Source: an uncultured Tangfeifania sp.
GTDB lineage: Bacteria; Bacteroidota; Bacteroidia; Bacteroidales; Prolixibacteraceae
DNA length: 64,000 nucleotides
Direction of reading: 5' to 3'
Assembly (NCBI GenBank): GCA_964358545.1
Contig: CAYHQN010000007.1
Location: 3,148-67,147, forward strand
Positions 55,107 through 63,256 of the stretch are shown in pieces. A program made the translations under genes and the position numbers. The notes below the pieces were generated by a model, which made no database searches, was not told the origin of the DNA, and saw nothing but the letters and a program-made list of their open reading frames with translations. The first letter of the stretch is position 1. Each line of letters begins with the position of its first letter.

Positions 55107-57947
55107 TCAGGGCATTCTGTTCAACCCCTCCCATCTGACTTTCCAGCTCCCATCTTTGGGAATCCCCGGATTCTCTGTTTCACAGCCGTCGTATCCGGCG
55201 CACATCATGGCTACTGCAGCCAGAATTCCGCCGTTTCCCGGTAGGTAAAGTCTCAGCCTTTTATCCTGGTAATTGTGTCCGTTGGCCAGATAGGTATTGG
55301 TAGGGATACTCATAAACAGCGCATCGATGGCCTTGTCGGGACGTCCCAAACGGGTCGCCGTCATCGCTACCAGCGGAAAATCCCAGCCCCAGGTCTTTTT
55401 CCAGTTCCAGTGGTCCCAGACGTAATCAAAAGTACTGTTCATGGTCTTTTTATTGACCACCCTCGACTCGGGCATGAATCCCAGCGCACCCAATACGGCA
55501 GGATGGTCAGAGTGTAAAGGCAGATTGGTATATGAATCCGGAGCGCTCTCAGCCGAAAGGTAAAGGCCATTCTTTTGTGCCAGAACAGCCAGCTTTTCGA
55601 TGATCTCGTCCCATTGACGGTTGCGGCTCATGCCCAACCGGACCCGCCACTGTTGCGCAACACTCAATCCCCAGTGCCAGTATGCCAGTTCAAAAGGGGA
55701 ATTGTAGGTTGCCTCGGGGCTTAACGATTCCTGGGCAGGAATGATTCCAACCAAATTGTAGCGGTTCTTATCAGGATCCCAGGTGGCAAACGAGGCCATA
55801 AAATCGGCAGTCTGAAAAACAAGTTCCTTGTATTTTTCCAGCATATCGTTGGTGTGGTAGTTCCGGTAACAGAGCTCTGCAAAATAGATGATGTGCGGTT
55901 GTTGCCAGATGAGAAATGAACCAACCGATGAGGGTGCCTCAGTGCCTGTTGTATCTGTCATTTTCATCCATCTGGCGCCTTTATACCCTTGCCTCTGAGC
56001 GATTTTTTGGGCCATGGGCAATACGTCCCTGTACCAACCGAGGCTCTTTTCCAGCAAATCGATCCGGTTCCAGAGGGCAAAATGGGCCGCATGCCACCAA
56101 TGCATCTCAAGGTGAAATTTTCCGTACCAGCTGTTGTAGGTCAGTCCGGTTTCCTGCGGCGGAACGCTTCCCGCACACTGAATGGCCATCAGGTATTGCG
56201 AAAGGACGACCCTGCGCTCCAGTTCGGTCGCCCTTGGATCGCTGCTGCCTGAAAAATCAATGGCACCTCCACGATTCCAGAAGTAACTCCATTTTGCCTC
56301 ATTTGCGCGAGTCGTTTGAACAAAATCGGCCAGTTGAAGTGATCTCTTTTCTTTGGAAAAAAGGCAGCTGATTTCAATGCTTTGACCTTTTGGAGATAGC
56401 TCAAAGTGATGTGCCTGCTTCTCTTCCATCCTGGCTGAACCTTTCCAGTCGACTTTTGTACAATAGCTGGTTGAATCCAACCGACGTTCGAAAATAATTG
56501 AATTTTCGTTAACTGTGATGGGAGTGGTTTTGTGCTTGTCCGGACTTTTCCAGTCGCAGCCACTATCCATGTGATTCCCGCTAGGGTAGGGGAAATCAAA
56601 TTTTATCTTCAATCTTCCGGCATCGATCAGTGGAGAGGTGATTTTGGAGGAGAGCATGTCAAGATCCGGATGGCAGATGGTGGTCACCTCTACCGGAATA
56701 CCTTCAATCTTGAAAGTGCTGTGAATCTCCCCTTTCCAGAGGTTGAGCTCCTCTTTGAGATCAGTTATGTCCGTGATGGCGATGGCTGAACCATCTCTCT
56801 TTTTGATTCCCAAGCCGATGATTCCCAGGTGCAAACGGTGCGCATTGGCCCTAAAATAGTTGCCGGCTTCCACCCCCCGTTGTGGACTCTTCAACTGAAC
56901 AGAATAGGACTCCGGCCTACCGTGAAAATTGTAATCTTTCAGGCTCTCTTCGGGTTTAAAATTGCGGGTATTGGGGAAATCATGCCATCCCCACTGTGAT
57001 TGCGTACCAAGAGGAATGCCTCCTTCATAGACGCCAGGAAAGGTCTGCAGTCCGGTAGCATCTGCGGTGAAAGCGAAATTGCCATTGCCTACCGTTAGGG
57101 ATGCAAGGGTATCAACCTTCTCAAATTTGACATTGTGCCTGTTTACCAACGCTTTCCTGTCGATGTTACCATGAAAGTTCGTTTTGAAAGAGACGTTCTT
57201 CTTTAAATATTTGATGAAAGGCAATTTTTGATTTTTGATCTCCTGAACAGCGAGTTCCGCAACTTTGAAGGCACCCAAAGGATTGAGGTGGGTATTGTCG
57301 GTACGACCATAAGGGTCCTGTTTGCTCACCCCCGGTTCAAAGAGCATGTACAGCGCTTTTGACCCTTCAACTCCCATTTCGTTGATGAGTTTTTCTGTGG
57401 ATACATTGAGGTCTATGACAGGAACCTCTAACTCTTTTCCAACCTCTCTGGTCACTGCAGGATATTCACCAAGTGTATTGGTTGCTTTTCCATCCGCATC
57501 AAACGACCGCCTCACGATGGAGGTGAACAAGATTGGGTTTGCCCCTTTTTCGCGGCTTTCCCCGATATATCTGACCAGGTTTTCGCGATAAGTGGTATGC
57601 GGATCCGTTTTACGTGCAACATCGGGTTTGGAATCGTTATGACCGAATTGGATAAAAACATAATCGCCTTTTTGTACCACATCCAAAACAGCCTGCCACA
57701 ACCCCTCATCGCGAAAGCTTTTAGAACTTCTTCCGTTTTTTGCACGATTGTCTATGACAAGTTGGTTTTCATCGAAAAATGCAGGAAGTACCTGACACCA
57801 GCCCCGTTCTGGATTGCTCCTTGTCGTATCCTTGTTGGCCATGGTGGAATCACCGATGGTGAAGATGGTGATCTTCTTCTTTGCAGGTGAAAATGAGGTA
57901 AGTGTTGCAAAAAGTAGAATTAGGGAAAGAAATCTAATTTTTAACAT
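55107..57947 (-). CDS. Fusion of an SGNH/GDSL esterase (CE12-like) with a large glycoside-hydrolase-like C-terminal region
   Basis: A signal peptide is present. The SGNH blocks are 'FTIGDSTMAN', 'NGRSS', 'FIQFGHNDS' and 'DNTHLNPLGA'. About 690 further residues are rich in Trp/aromatic repeats suggestive of an (alpha/alpha)6 GH fold. Family not assigned. Confidence 0.55.
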   Translation of the reverse strand: MLKIRFLSLILLFATLTSFSPAKKKITIFTIGDSTMANKDTTRSNPERGWCQVLPAFFDENQLVIDNRAKNGRSSKSFRDEGLWQAVLDVVQKGDYVFIQFGHNDSKPDVARKTDPHTTYRENLVRYIGESREKGANPILFTSIVRRSFDADGKATNTLGEYPAVTREVGKELEVPVIDLNVSTEKLINEMGVEGSKALYMLFEPGVSKQDPYGRTDNTHLNPLGAFKVAELAVQEIKNQKLPFIKYLKKNVSFKTNFHGNIDRKALVNRHNVKFEKVDTLASLTVGNGNFAFTADATGLQTFPGVYEGGIPLGTQSQWGWHDFPNTRNFKPEESLKDYNFHGRPESYSVQLKSPQRGVEAGNYFRANAHRLHLGIIGLGIKKRDGSAIAITDITDLKEELNLWKGEIHSTFKIEGIPVEVTTICHPDLDMLSSKITSPLIDAGRLKIKFDFPYPSGNHMDSGCDWKSPDKHKTTPITVNENSIIFERRLDSTSYCTKVDWKGSARMEEKQAHHFELSPKGQSIEISCLFSKEKRSLQLADFVQTTRANEAKWSYFWNRGGAIDFSGSSDPRATELERRVVLSQYLMAIQCAGSVPPQETGLTYNSWYGKFHLEMHWWHAAHFALWNRIDLLEKSLGWYRDVLPMAQKIAQRQGYKGARWMKMTDTTGTEAPSSVGSFLIWQQPHIIYFAELCYRNYHTNDMLEKYKELVFQTADFMASFATWDPDKNRYNLVGIIPAQESLSPEATYNSPFELAYWHWGLSVAQQWRVRLGMSRNRQWDEIIEKLAVLAQKNGLYLSAESAPDSYTNLPLHSDHPAVLGALGFMPESRVVNKKTMNSTFDYVWDHWNWKKTWGWDFPLVAMTATRLGRPDKAIDALFMSIPTNTYLANGHNYQDKRLRLYLPGNGGILAAVAMMCAGYDGCETENPGIPKDGSWKVRWEGLNRMP

Positions 57948-58007
57948 ATGGTTAGTGTGTAAAATATCTTTGTTTGACGTCTAATTTACCCATTTTCAAT
58001 TGTTTCA

Positions 58008-58058
58008 CCATTCCGTCCGAAACAAACCATGAACATCTTTAGTTATGCTACCGCGGAC
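58008..58058. repeat. Bipartite conserved element, copy 2 (CCATTCCGTCCGAAA - 22 nt - ATGCTACCGCGGAC)
   Basis: Both half-motifs match 39269..39320 exactly. It sits about 60 nt upstream of the minus-strand start at 57947. It is followed at 58088..58125 by two copies of 'gtgcaactctgtg'. Confidence 0.6.
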
Positions 58059-58135
58059 ATCCGGCCATACCTTGTGGGCACCACCTCTGTGCAACTCTGT
58101 GTTCCTCCGTGCAACTCTGTGTAATTTTTCCTCGT

Positions 58136-59710
58136 TTAGAACTCCGACGTAAAATGAAATTTGATCTTCGGGAAATCCCTTTGCGCCATGTCCAGAATAA
58201 AAGTTGAGTCTGCCAAAAACACATCCCTGCCTTGCTTGTCGGTTGCCATTTTGTTATATTTCCGTTTCTTGAAATCATCCAAAACTGCTTTGTCTTCACT
58301 CTCGATCCAACAGGCTTTGTAGAGTGAGATGGACTCCCAGCGACATTTGGCGTTGTACTCATGTTCCAACCGGTATTCGATAACCTCGAACTGCAGTGCC
58401 CCTACGGTTCCGATGATCTTGCGCCCGTTGAGCTGACTGATAAACAATTGTGCTACACCTTCATCCATTAACTGATCTACCCCTTTGGCCAATTGCTTGG
58501 ATCGCATGGGATCAGCATTTTCAATGTAACGGAAAATCTCAGGGGAAAAAGATGGAATTCCTTTGTAATGGAGGATTTCACCCTCGGTTATTGTGTCACC
58601 AATGACAAAATTTCCGGTATCGGGCAGACCAATGATATCGCCCGGAAAGGCATACTCAATCACCTCTTTTTTATCGGCCATAAAGGCTGTTGGACTGGAA
58701 TATTTAAAGGTCTTTGCCAGACGGATGTGCCTGTAATTTTTGTTGCGTTCGAACATTCCCGAACAGATTTTGACGAAAGCGATCCTGCTACGGTGGTTTG
58801 GATCTATGTTCGCATGAATTTTGAAGACAAATCCGGTAAATGTCTCTTCCATAGGATCAACCAATCTCTCTTCGGATTTCTTTGGTCGGGGAGAGGGTGC
58901 GAGTTTGACAAATGTATCCAGAAGTTCCCTTACGCCAAAATTGTACAGGGCGCTTCCAAAAAAAACAGGGGCCAATTCACCGGCCAGGTAGGCATGGTGG
59001 TCAAATACAGGATAGATTCCTTCAACCATCTCAAGGTCCTCTCGAAGGACAATGGCATCATTTCCAATTAATCGATCCAGCGCCGGATCGTTCAGGTTTT
59101 CGAAACTGATTCCCTTTTCAATGTCTGTGATACTCGGATTAAAGAGGCTCAGGCTACTGTCATAAATATTGTACACCCCTTTGAATTCGGGACCATTGTT
59201 GATGGGCCAGCTCAAAGGCCTGACCTTGATCATCAATTGCTTTTCGATGTCGTCCAGCAAGTCAAAAGTATCACCCGAAGGACGGTCCATTTTGTTGATG
59301 AAGACGATAACCGGAGTCTTGCGCATCCGGCAGATATTCATCAGCTTCTCTGTCTGAGGTTCCACACCTTTGGCAGCATCAATAACGATGATCACACTGT
59401 CGACGGCCGTCAGGGTACGAAAAGTATCCTCCTGAAAATCCTGGTGACCAGGAGTATCCAAAATATTGATTTTGTAACCGCTGTACTCGAAACCCATCAC
59501 AGAAGTGGCAACGGAAATTCCGCGCTGCCGCTCAATCTCCATGAAGTCGGAGGTAGCCCCCTTTTTTATTTTATTGCTTTTTACCGCCCCGGCAACGTGG
59601 ATGGCGCCGCCAAAAAGCAGCAGTTTTTCTGTAAGTGTTGTTTTTCCCGCATCAGGGTGACTGACAATACCAAACGTTCTCCGACGCAGAATCTCTTCTT
59701 TAAACCCCAT
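58136..59710 (-). CDS. prfC: Peptide chain release factor 3 (GTPase)
   Basis: It has '[25 protein letters not shown]', 'DTPGHQDF' and 'NKMDR'. The 524-aa length is typical of RF3. Confidence 0.95.
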   Translation of the reverse strand: MGFKEEILRRRTFGIVSHPDAGKTTLTEKLLLFGGAIHVAGAVKSNKIKKGATSDFMEIERQRGISVATSVMGFEYSGYKINILDTPGHQDFQEDTFRTLTAVDSVIIVIDAAKGVEPQTEKLMNICRMRKTPVIVFINKMDRPSGDTFDLLDDIEKQLMIKVRPLSWPINNGPEFKGVYNIYDSSLSLFNPSITDIEKGISFENLNDPALDRLIGNDAIVLREDLEMVEGIYPVFDHHAYLAGELAPVFFGSALYNFGVRELLDTFVKLAPSPRPKKSEERLVDPMEETFTGFVFKIHANIDPNHRSRIAFVKICSGMFERNKNYRHIRLAKTFKYSSPTAFMADKKEVIEYAFPGDIIGLPDTGNFVIGDTITEGEILHYKGIPSFSPEIFRYIENADPMRSKQLAKGVDQLMDEGVAQLFISQLNGRKIIGTVGALQFEVIEYRLEHEYNAKCRWESISLYKACWIESEDKAVLDDFKKRKYNKMATDKQGRDVFLADSTFILDMAQRDFPKIKFHFTSEF

Positions 59711-59763
59711 TTTATCAATTTAGGGTGCAAATTTAATTTAAAATAGTTGAAAGACGACAAATG

Positions 59764-59984
59764 TCGATTTTGGATTTTGGATTTTCGATTTTGGAATAGG
59801 GAGAAGTAGCGTAAACAGCCTGGTGCTTTGGGGCTTACAGGTAATTGCCAATAGCTTGAAGCTATAGAATGAAAATCAGGATACCTTCCTATTCCTGTCT
59901 CTCAAAAAAAAGAGGCTGAAAGTAGCAATTCACTTTCAGCCTCTTAATCGATGCGTTAGTCCAAAATCGAAAATCGAAAATTGA
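59764..59984. repeat. 221-bp MITE-like unit bounded by GATTTTGG-type inverted repeats
   Basis: 59771..59794 is 'tggattttggattttcgattttgg'. The reverse complement of 59961..59984 is 'tcaattttcgattttcgattttgg'. That is 21/24 matches by hand count. There is no ORF inside, and the interior holds the terminator listed next. Confidence 0.5.
59904..59944 (-). terminator. Rho-independent terminator (minus strand)
   Basis: A 12-bp perfect stem (gaggctgaaagt / actttcagcctc) has an 8-nt loop. On the minus strand it is followed by T8. Confidence 0.65.
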
Positions 59985-59989
59985 TTTAT

Positions 59990-60310
59990 GCTTCGATTAT
60001 CACTTTGCAACTTATTTGGTTACCTATGCAATTTGCTCAAGGTCATATGCAATCTTTTTGGTTACCTGTGCAATTTGCTCAAGGTCATAAGCAATCTTTT
60101 TAGTTACCTATGCAATTTACTCAAGGTCATAAGTAATCTTTTTGGTTACCTATGCAATTTGCTCAAGGTCATAAGCACTTTTTTGGGTTGCCTATATAAT
60201 TTGCTCAAGGTCGTTTGCAATTTATTTGATGGCCTATGCAAGTTTATTGAAGGTCATTGCATCAATCAGGCAGGCAATTGCAACTTAATTGGTGTACTTG
60301 ATAAATTTTA
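59990..60310. repeat. Tandem array of a 42-bp unit (about 7-8 copies, degenerate at both ends); each unit is two 21-bp half-units centred on ATGCAAT
   Basis: Units start at 60018, 60060, 60102, 60144, 60186 and 60228. The consensus is 'ggttacctatgcaatttgctcaaggtcatatgcaatcttttt'. There are no unique spacers. Confidence 0.9.
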
Positions 60311-61031
60311 AGCCGGTTACTTGTTTGAATTGGGGGCTTGTTGCTCCAAATACCGACCTAAGGTAAATTTTTACGTCGCTTGCCACGTCAACAAGGCCTG
60401 TATCATCTTTGTACATGGTATCGTTGCGTGCTATACGGGCATTGTTTAAAGGTATTTCGGCGTTAATTACGGCGAGGTTCTTCGCTTTTAGATCCGCATA
60501 CAATGCTGTGAGGGCAGCAATCTTTAAATCGGCTTCGTTTGGGACATATTGAGAAACAGATGATAATAATTGAATGAGTTTGTCGAGGTTATCCAGTCGA
60601 TTATCGTAACCTCTTTGTGAGGCAGAGATTTCAACAATTTCTTTGCCGGTTTCGGTTGCAGCGTTTTTTTCTTCTTCTGTCTTTTTAGGGGTAGCCCGGC
60701 GACCTTGCAACTTGCGGACAATGGTTTGTGCCGATTGAATTACTTCTTTAGTTGTATCAGAAGCTTTTAGCGCATTGTTGACACGGGTAATCAACTTGTC
60801 GAATGGTTTAAATGCGGTAACCCTTGCGGTAACTGCATTTTTATAGGCAGGCATAAGGGCATTCATCGTAGTCAAACTGTTTTTGGCGGCAGTTGCCTGT
60901 GCTTGCATGGCAGCAATTATTAAAGCTGCTTTTGAAGGGTTGTAGCCGGTACCGAATGAAGTGCAGGTAAGAATAAGTTTATCATAATTAACTGCATTAC
61001 GGATGTGACCCTGGTCGGATGAACTTGTCAT
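60285..61031 (-). CDS. Hypothetical all-helical protein (248 aa)
   Basis: The ORF is clean with coding-like composition. It is Ala/Lys/Thr-rich with predicted long helices and a charged central 'RRATPKKTEEEKNAATETGKE' linker. I recognise no family. Confidence 0.5.
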   Translation of the reverse strand: MTSSSDQGHIRNAVNYDKLILTCTSFGTGYNPSKAALIIAAMQAQATAAKNSLTTMNALMPAYKNAVTARVTAFKPFDKLITRVNNALKASDTTKEVIQSAQTIVRKLQGRRATPKKTEEEKNAATETGKEIVEISASQRGYDNRLDNLDKLIQLLSSVSQYVPNEADLKIAALTALYADLKAKNLAVINAEIPLNNARIARNDTMYKDDTGLVDVASDVKIYLRSVFGATSPQFKQVTGLKFIKYTN

Positions 61032-61685
61032 AATGTTAAATTTAAGGGTTGATAATCAGATAAATAACTCACTTAAATATACAAAACATTTTTGAAAAAC
61101 AGTAATAATTTGGTGAAAATTATTCCCGAAGATTAACTGAAATGATTCGATCTGCCAGCGAATCTGTCAAGGGGCTTCATAGTTTACGAAAATCGCACGT
61201 ACAGTGAAGCGAGCTGTAATTAGTTTCAGGATTCGTCTTACGCAATGGATTTTGATTGATCGCCCAAAAATGGATAAAGCAAAAACCTGGCTGAGATTTA
61301 GATGTATTTCAATTCTTACAAATTCTGAGAATAACAAAACATAATTTTAGCCTGAAAAAACAGTGCATTTTTAACATAAGCTGAGGGTTGCTTCGTCCCC
61401 GCTGGCGCGGAGTTGCAATCGCTGATGGATTAAAAAATGCCGATACCAACCGCATCACCTGGGTTCGCCCTGCACAATTTTCCTGCCTAATGCTTTGGTG
61501 TTTAAATTTTATTAGGTAAGTTTATGACCATCTAACACGCAACAAACCTGCCTCTTTTCTCCAAAATTCAGCGTATAGGCGCATGTTTGTAGCTTATAAA
61601 CGACGTTGGCAACAATTTTTAGGACAGTGCGTAGCTAAACTAAATTAACAAGAAATAAGCAAATGAGAATTAAAACAATTATTGA

Positions 61686-62087
61686 ATGAAAATAGAAATT
61701 GACATACCTGATGACAAGCTTCAAAACTTAAGTCCTACTGCAAAGACTGAATTAACTAAGGTAGCAAAGAAATATACCGAGGAAGTTTTAGACGAAGCAA
61801 GTCGCATTGAAGAGAGTCGAAGGACCACCAATCCAAATCCTGAAGTTACAGCAGCAATTATTAACGATGCTGTCGTTTTTGCAAAAAACTATGGTATAAG
61901 GAAACGTAAACCGAAGAAGTTAATTTTTATGCAGGTTTTAGCTTTTTTATCTGCCACACTTACAGGAGGTTTATTTGACACTGAAAAATTCAAAGACATC
62001 AGCTTTGTGATTCTTTTTTTAGTAGTCTTTCTTTTATCCATAGTTTCAGCCGTTTATTTAATCCTAAATGACAACAACAATGATTAA
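61686..62087 (+). CDS. Small 2TM membrane protein (133 aa), paralogous to the N-terminal third of the next gene
   Basis: An N-terminal helical segment of about 75 aa ('LSPTAKTELTKVAKKYTEEVLDEASRIEE') is followed by a basic patch 'RKRKPKK'. Then come two hydrophobic helices ('LIFMQVLAFLSATLTGGLF', 'ISFVILFLVVFLLSIVSAVYLIL'). Confidence 0.5.
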   Translation: MKIEIDIPDDKLQNLSPTAKTELTKVAKKYTEEVLDEASRIEESRRTTNPNPEVTAAIINDAVVFAKNYGIRKRKPKKLIFMQVLAFLSATLTGGLFDTEKFKDISFVILFLVVFLLSIVSAVYLILNDNNND

Positions 62088-63057
62088 CGAAAAAATATAC
62101 TCCAAACTTACCCCATCAGCGCAAGAGGCTCTTGACAAGATGGTATCAGAATATCGTGATTCACTTTTAGAGAAAGCATTTCTATTGGCACAGGAGAGAG
62201 AAACAGCCAGTAAAGAAATTTCCCTACGAGATATTTTGGAAACGAATCAGCTTAAGCACAGTGGTATAGGCATAGAAAAATCTGAAAATCGTAAAAAAAG
62301 AATGATTTCACTTTTAGCCTTAAGTGGAGCAGTTTATTCTGTTTTAGGTATATTAATTTATCTATTCCAAAATAAAAAGTTTGCAGTTGAAACCGATCTT
62401 GGGTTAATAATCGCCATCACAGGTATAATAATTTCACTAATAAGTTTTCTTTATGGACAACTTATTTCTAAACGATATTCATTTACACAAACCACAACAG
62501 CAACATCTATTTATTCACAATCAAACGATTACGACATAGTAAAAAGATGGCAAATAATTGAAACACTTGCAAAAAAATTTATGACTGAAGCAGATCAAAA
62601 AGAAGCGAAAAATAATTCAGTAGGCTTTTTAATCCGGTTCCTAAGTCATAAAGTTGCAAAAGATGAAAAGGAATTTCTCAAAATCAGAGAATTATTGCAA
62701 ATGCGAAATAAAATTCTTCACCAGCAATACAATATGAGTGACAATGAAAGAAAGGAATTTTTAGAATTGGCAGACGACTTAATTGAACGTTTGGAGAGTT
62801 CCAAAATTGAAAGTAATCCACAAGAAAAAACGCTTAAGGTCAATAACGCCAAGTATGGATCGCCGAAAAATTCATTTGATATGACTAAGGAATTAAATCA
62901 ACTTATAAATAATAATCGTCTTGAATTCGTACTAAACAATGAAATTGTTGGCGATCCTGATCCTGGTGTAATAAAAACATTAGAAATATCTTATGAAATT
63001 AATGGTGAAAGACAGACAAGAACATATAATGAAGGTGCAAAAGTTGTCATTCAGTAA
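62068..63057 (+). CDS. 2TM protein with a HEPN-like RNxxxH motif and a C-terminal beta-rich GDPxPG domain (329 aa)
   Basis: It overlaps the previous gene by 20 nt. Its N-terminal layout matches that of 61686 ('LTPSAQEALDKMVSEYRDSLLEKA', basic 'NRKKR', TM helices 'MISLLALSGAVYSVLGILIYLF' and 'LGLIIAITGIIISLISFLYGQLI'). The helical region contains 'LQMRNKILHQ' at nt 62704..62721. The C-terminal 'VGDPDPGVIKTLEISYEINGE' follows. Confidence 0.45.
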   Translation: MTTTMINEKIYSKLTPSAQEALDKMVSEYRDSLLEKAFLLAQERETASKEISLRDILETNQLKHSGIGIEKSENRKKRMISLLALSGAVYSVLGILIYLFQNKKFAVETDLGLIIAITGIIISLISFLYGQLISKRYSFTQTTTATSIYSQSNDYDIVKRWQIIETLAKKFMTEADQKEAKNNSVGFLIRFLSHKVAKDEKEFLKIRELLQMRNKILHQQYNMSDNERKEFLELADDLIERLESSKIESNPQEKTLKVNNAKYGSPKNSFDMTKELNQLINNNRLEFVLNNEIVGDPDPGVIKTLEISYEINGERQTRTYNEGAKVVIQ

Positions 63058-63089
63058 CTTTCTTAAAGTCAAAAAAACTGTTGCCAACA

Positions 63090-63199
63090 GCGCATTTGCA
63101 AAAGCGGGGTTTCTGTGGTTAAATAACTTTTATCGCACGTTTTAATATTTTGAAGTATATAAAATTCACCGCTCGCAATCCCCGCCTTCGCAAATGCGC
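63090..63199. repeat. Inverted repeat (20-nt arms, 70-nt spacer) immediately upstream of the nucleotidyltransferase gene
   Basis: 63090..63109 'gcgcatttgcaaaagcgggg' pairs with 63180..63199 'ccccgccttcgcaaatgcgc'. That is 18/20 complementary by hand count. Confidence 0.6.
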
Positions 63200-63256
63200 A
63201 AAACGTTAGCGGTCATTGTATGAGCGACAGCAATAGAACAATATAAACTGAAAAAG

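Noticed and set aside
55916-56789. Plus-strand ORFs 55916..56371, 55989..56252 and 56532..56789
   Set aside because: They are antisense to the long esterase/GH fusion ORF. The Arg/Pro/Ser-rich translations are typical of non-coding frames.
58048-59746. ORFs 58048..58362 (-), 58493..59071 (+), 58912..59109 (+), 59169..59357 (+) and 59237..59746 (+)
   Set aside because: The first is a translation of the 'gtgcaactctgtg' repeat plus the prfC 3' end in another frame. The others are antisense to the unambiguous prfC gene.
59990-60310. Possible CRISPR array
   Set aside because: The units abut head to tail with no unique spacers, the copies decay in sequence, and no cas genes are nearby. It is a tandem repeat, not a CRISPR array.
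59988-60311. 107-aa plus-strand ORF ('LCNLLKVICNLFGY' repeated)
   Set aside because: It is simply the in-frame translation of the 42-bp (14-codon) tandem repeat. The Leu/Cys/Asn composition is implausible, there is no start context, and it overlaps the 3' end of the convergent 248-aa gene.
61032-61685. tRNA gene or att site, or a single CRISPR-like repeat ('gttgcaatcgctgatggattaaaaa'), in the 654-bp ORF-free spacer
   Set aside because: I could fold no cloverleaf or T-arm (GTTCRANYC with a flanking 5-bp stem). The repeat-like string occurs only once. A tRNAscan/Infernal scan is still advisable.
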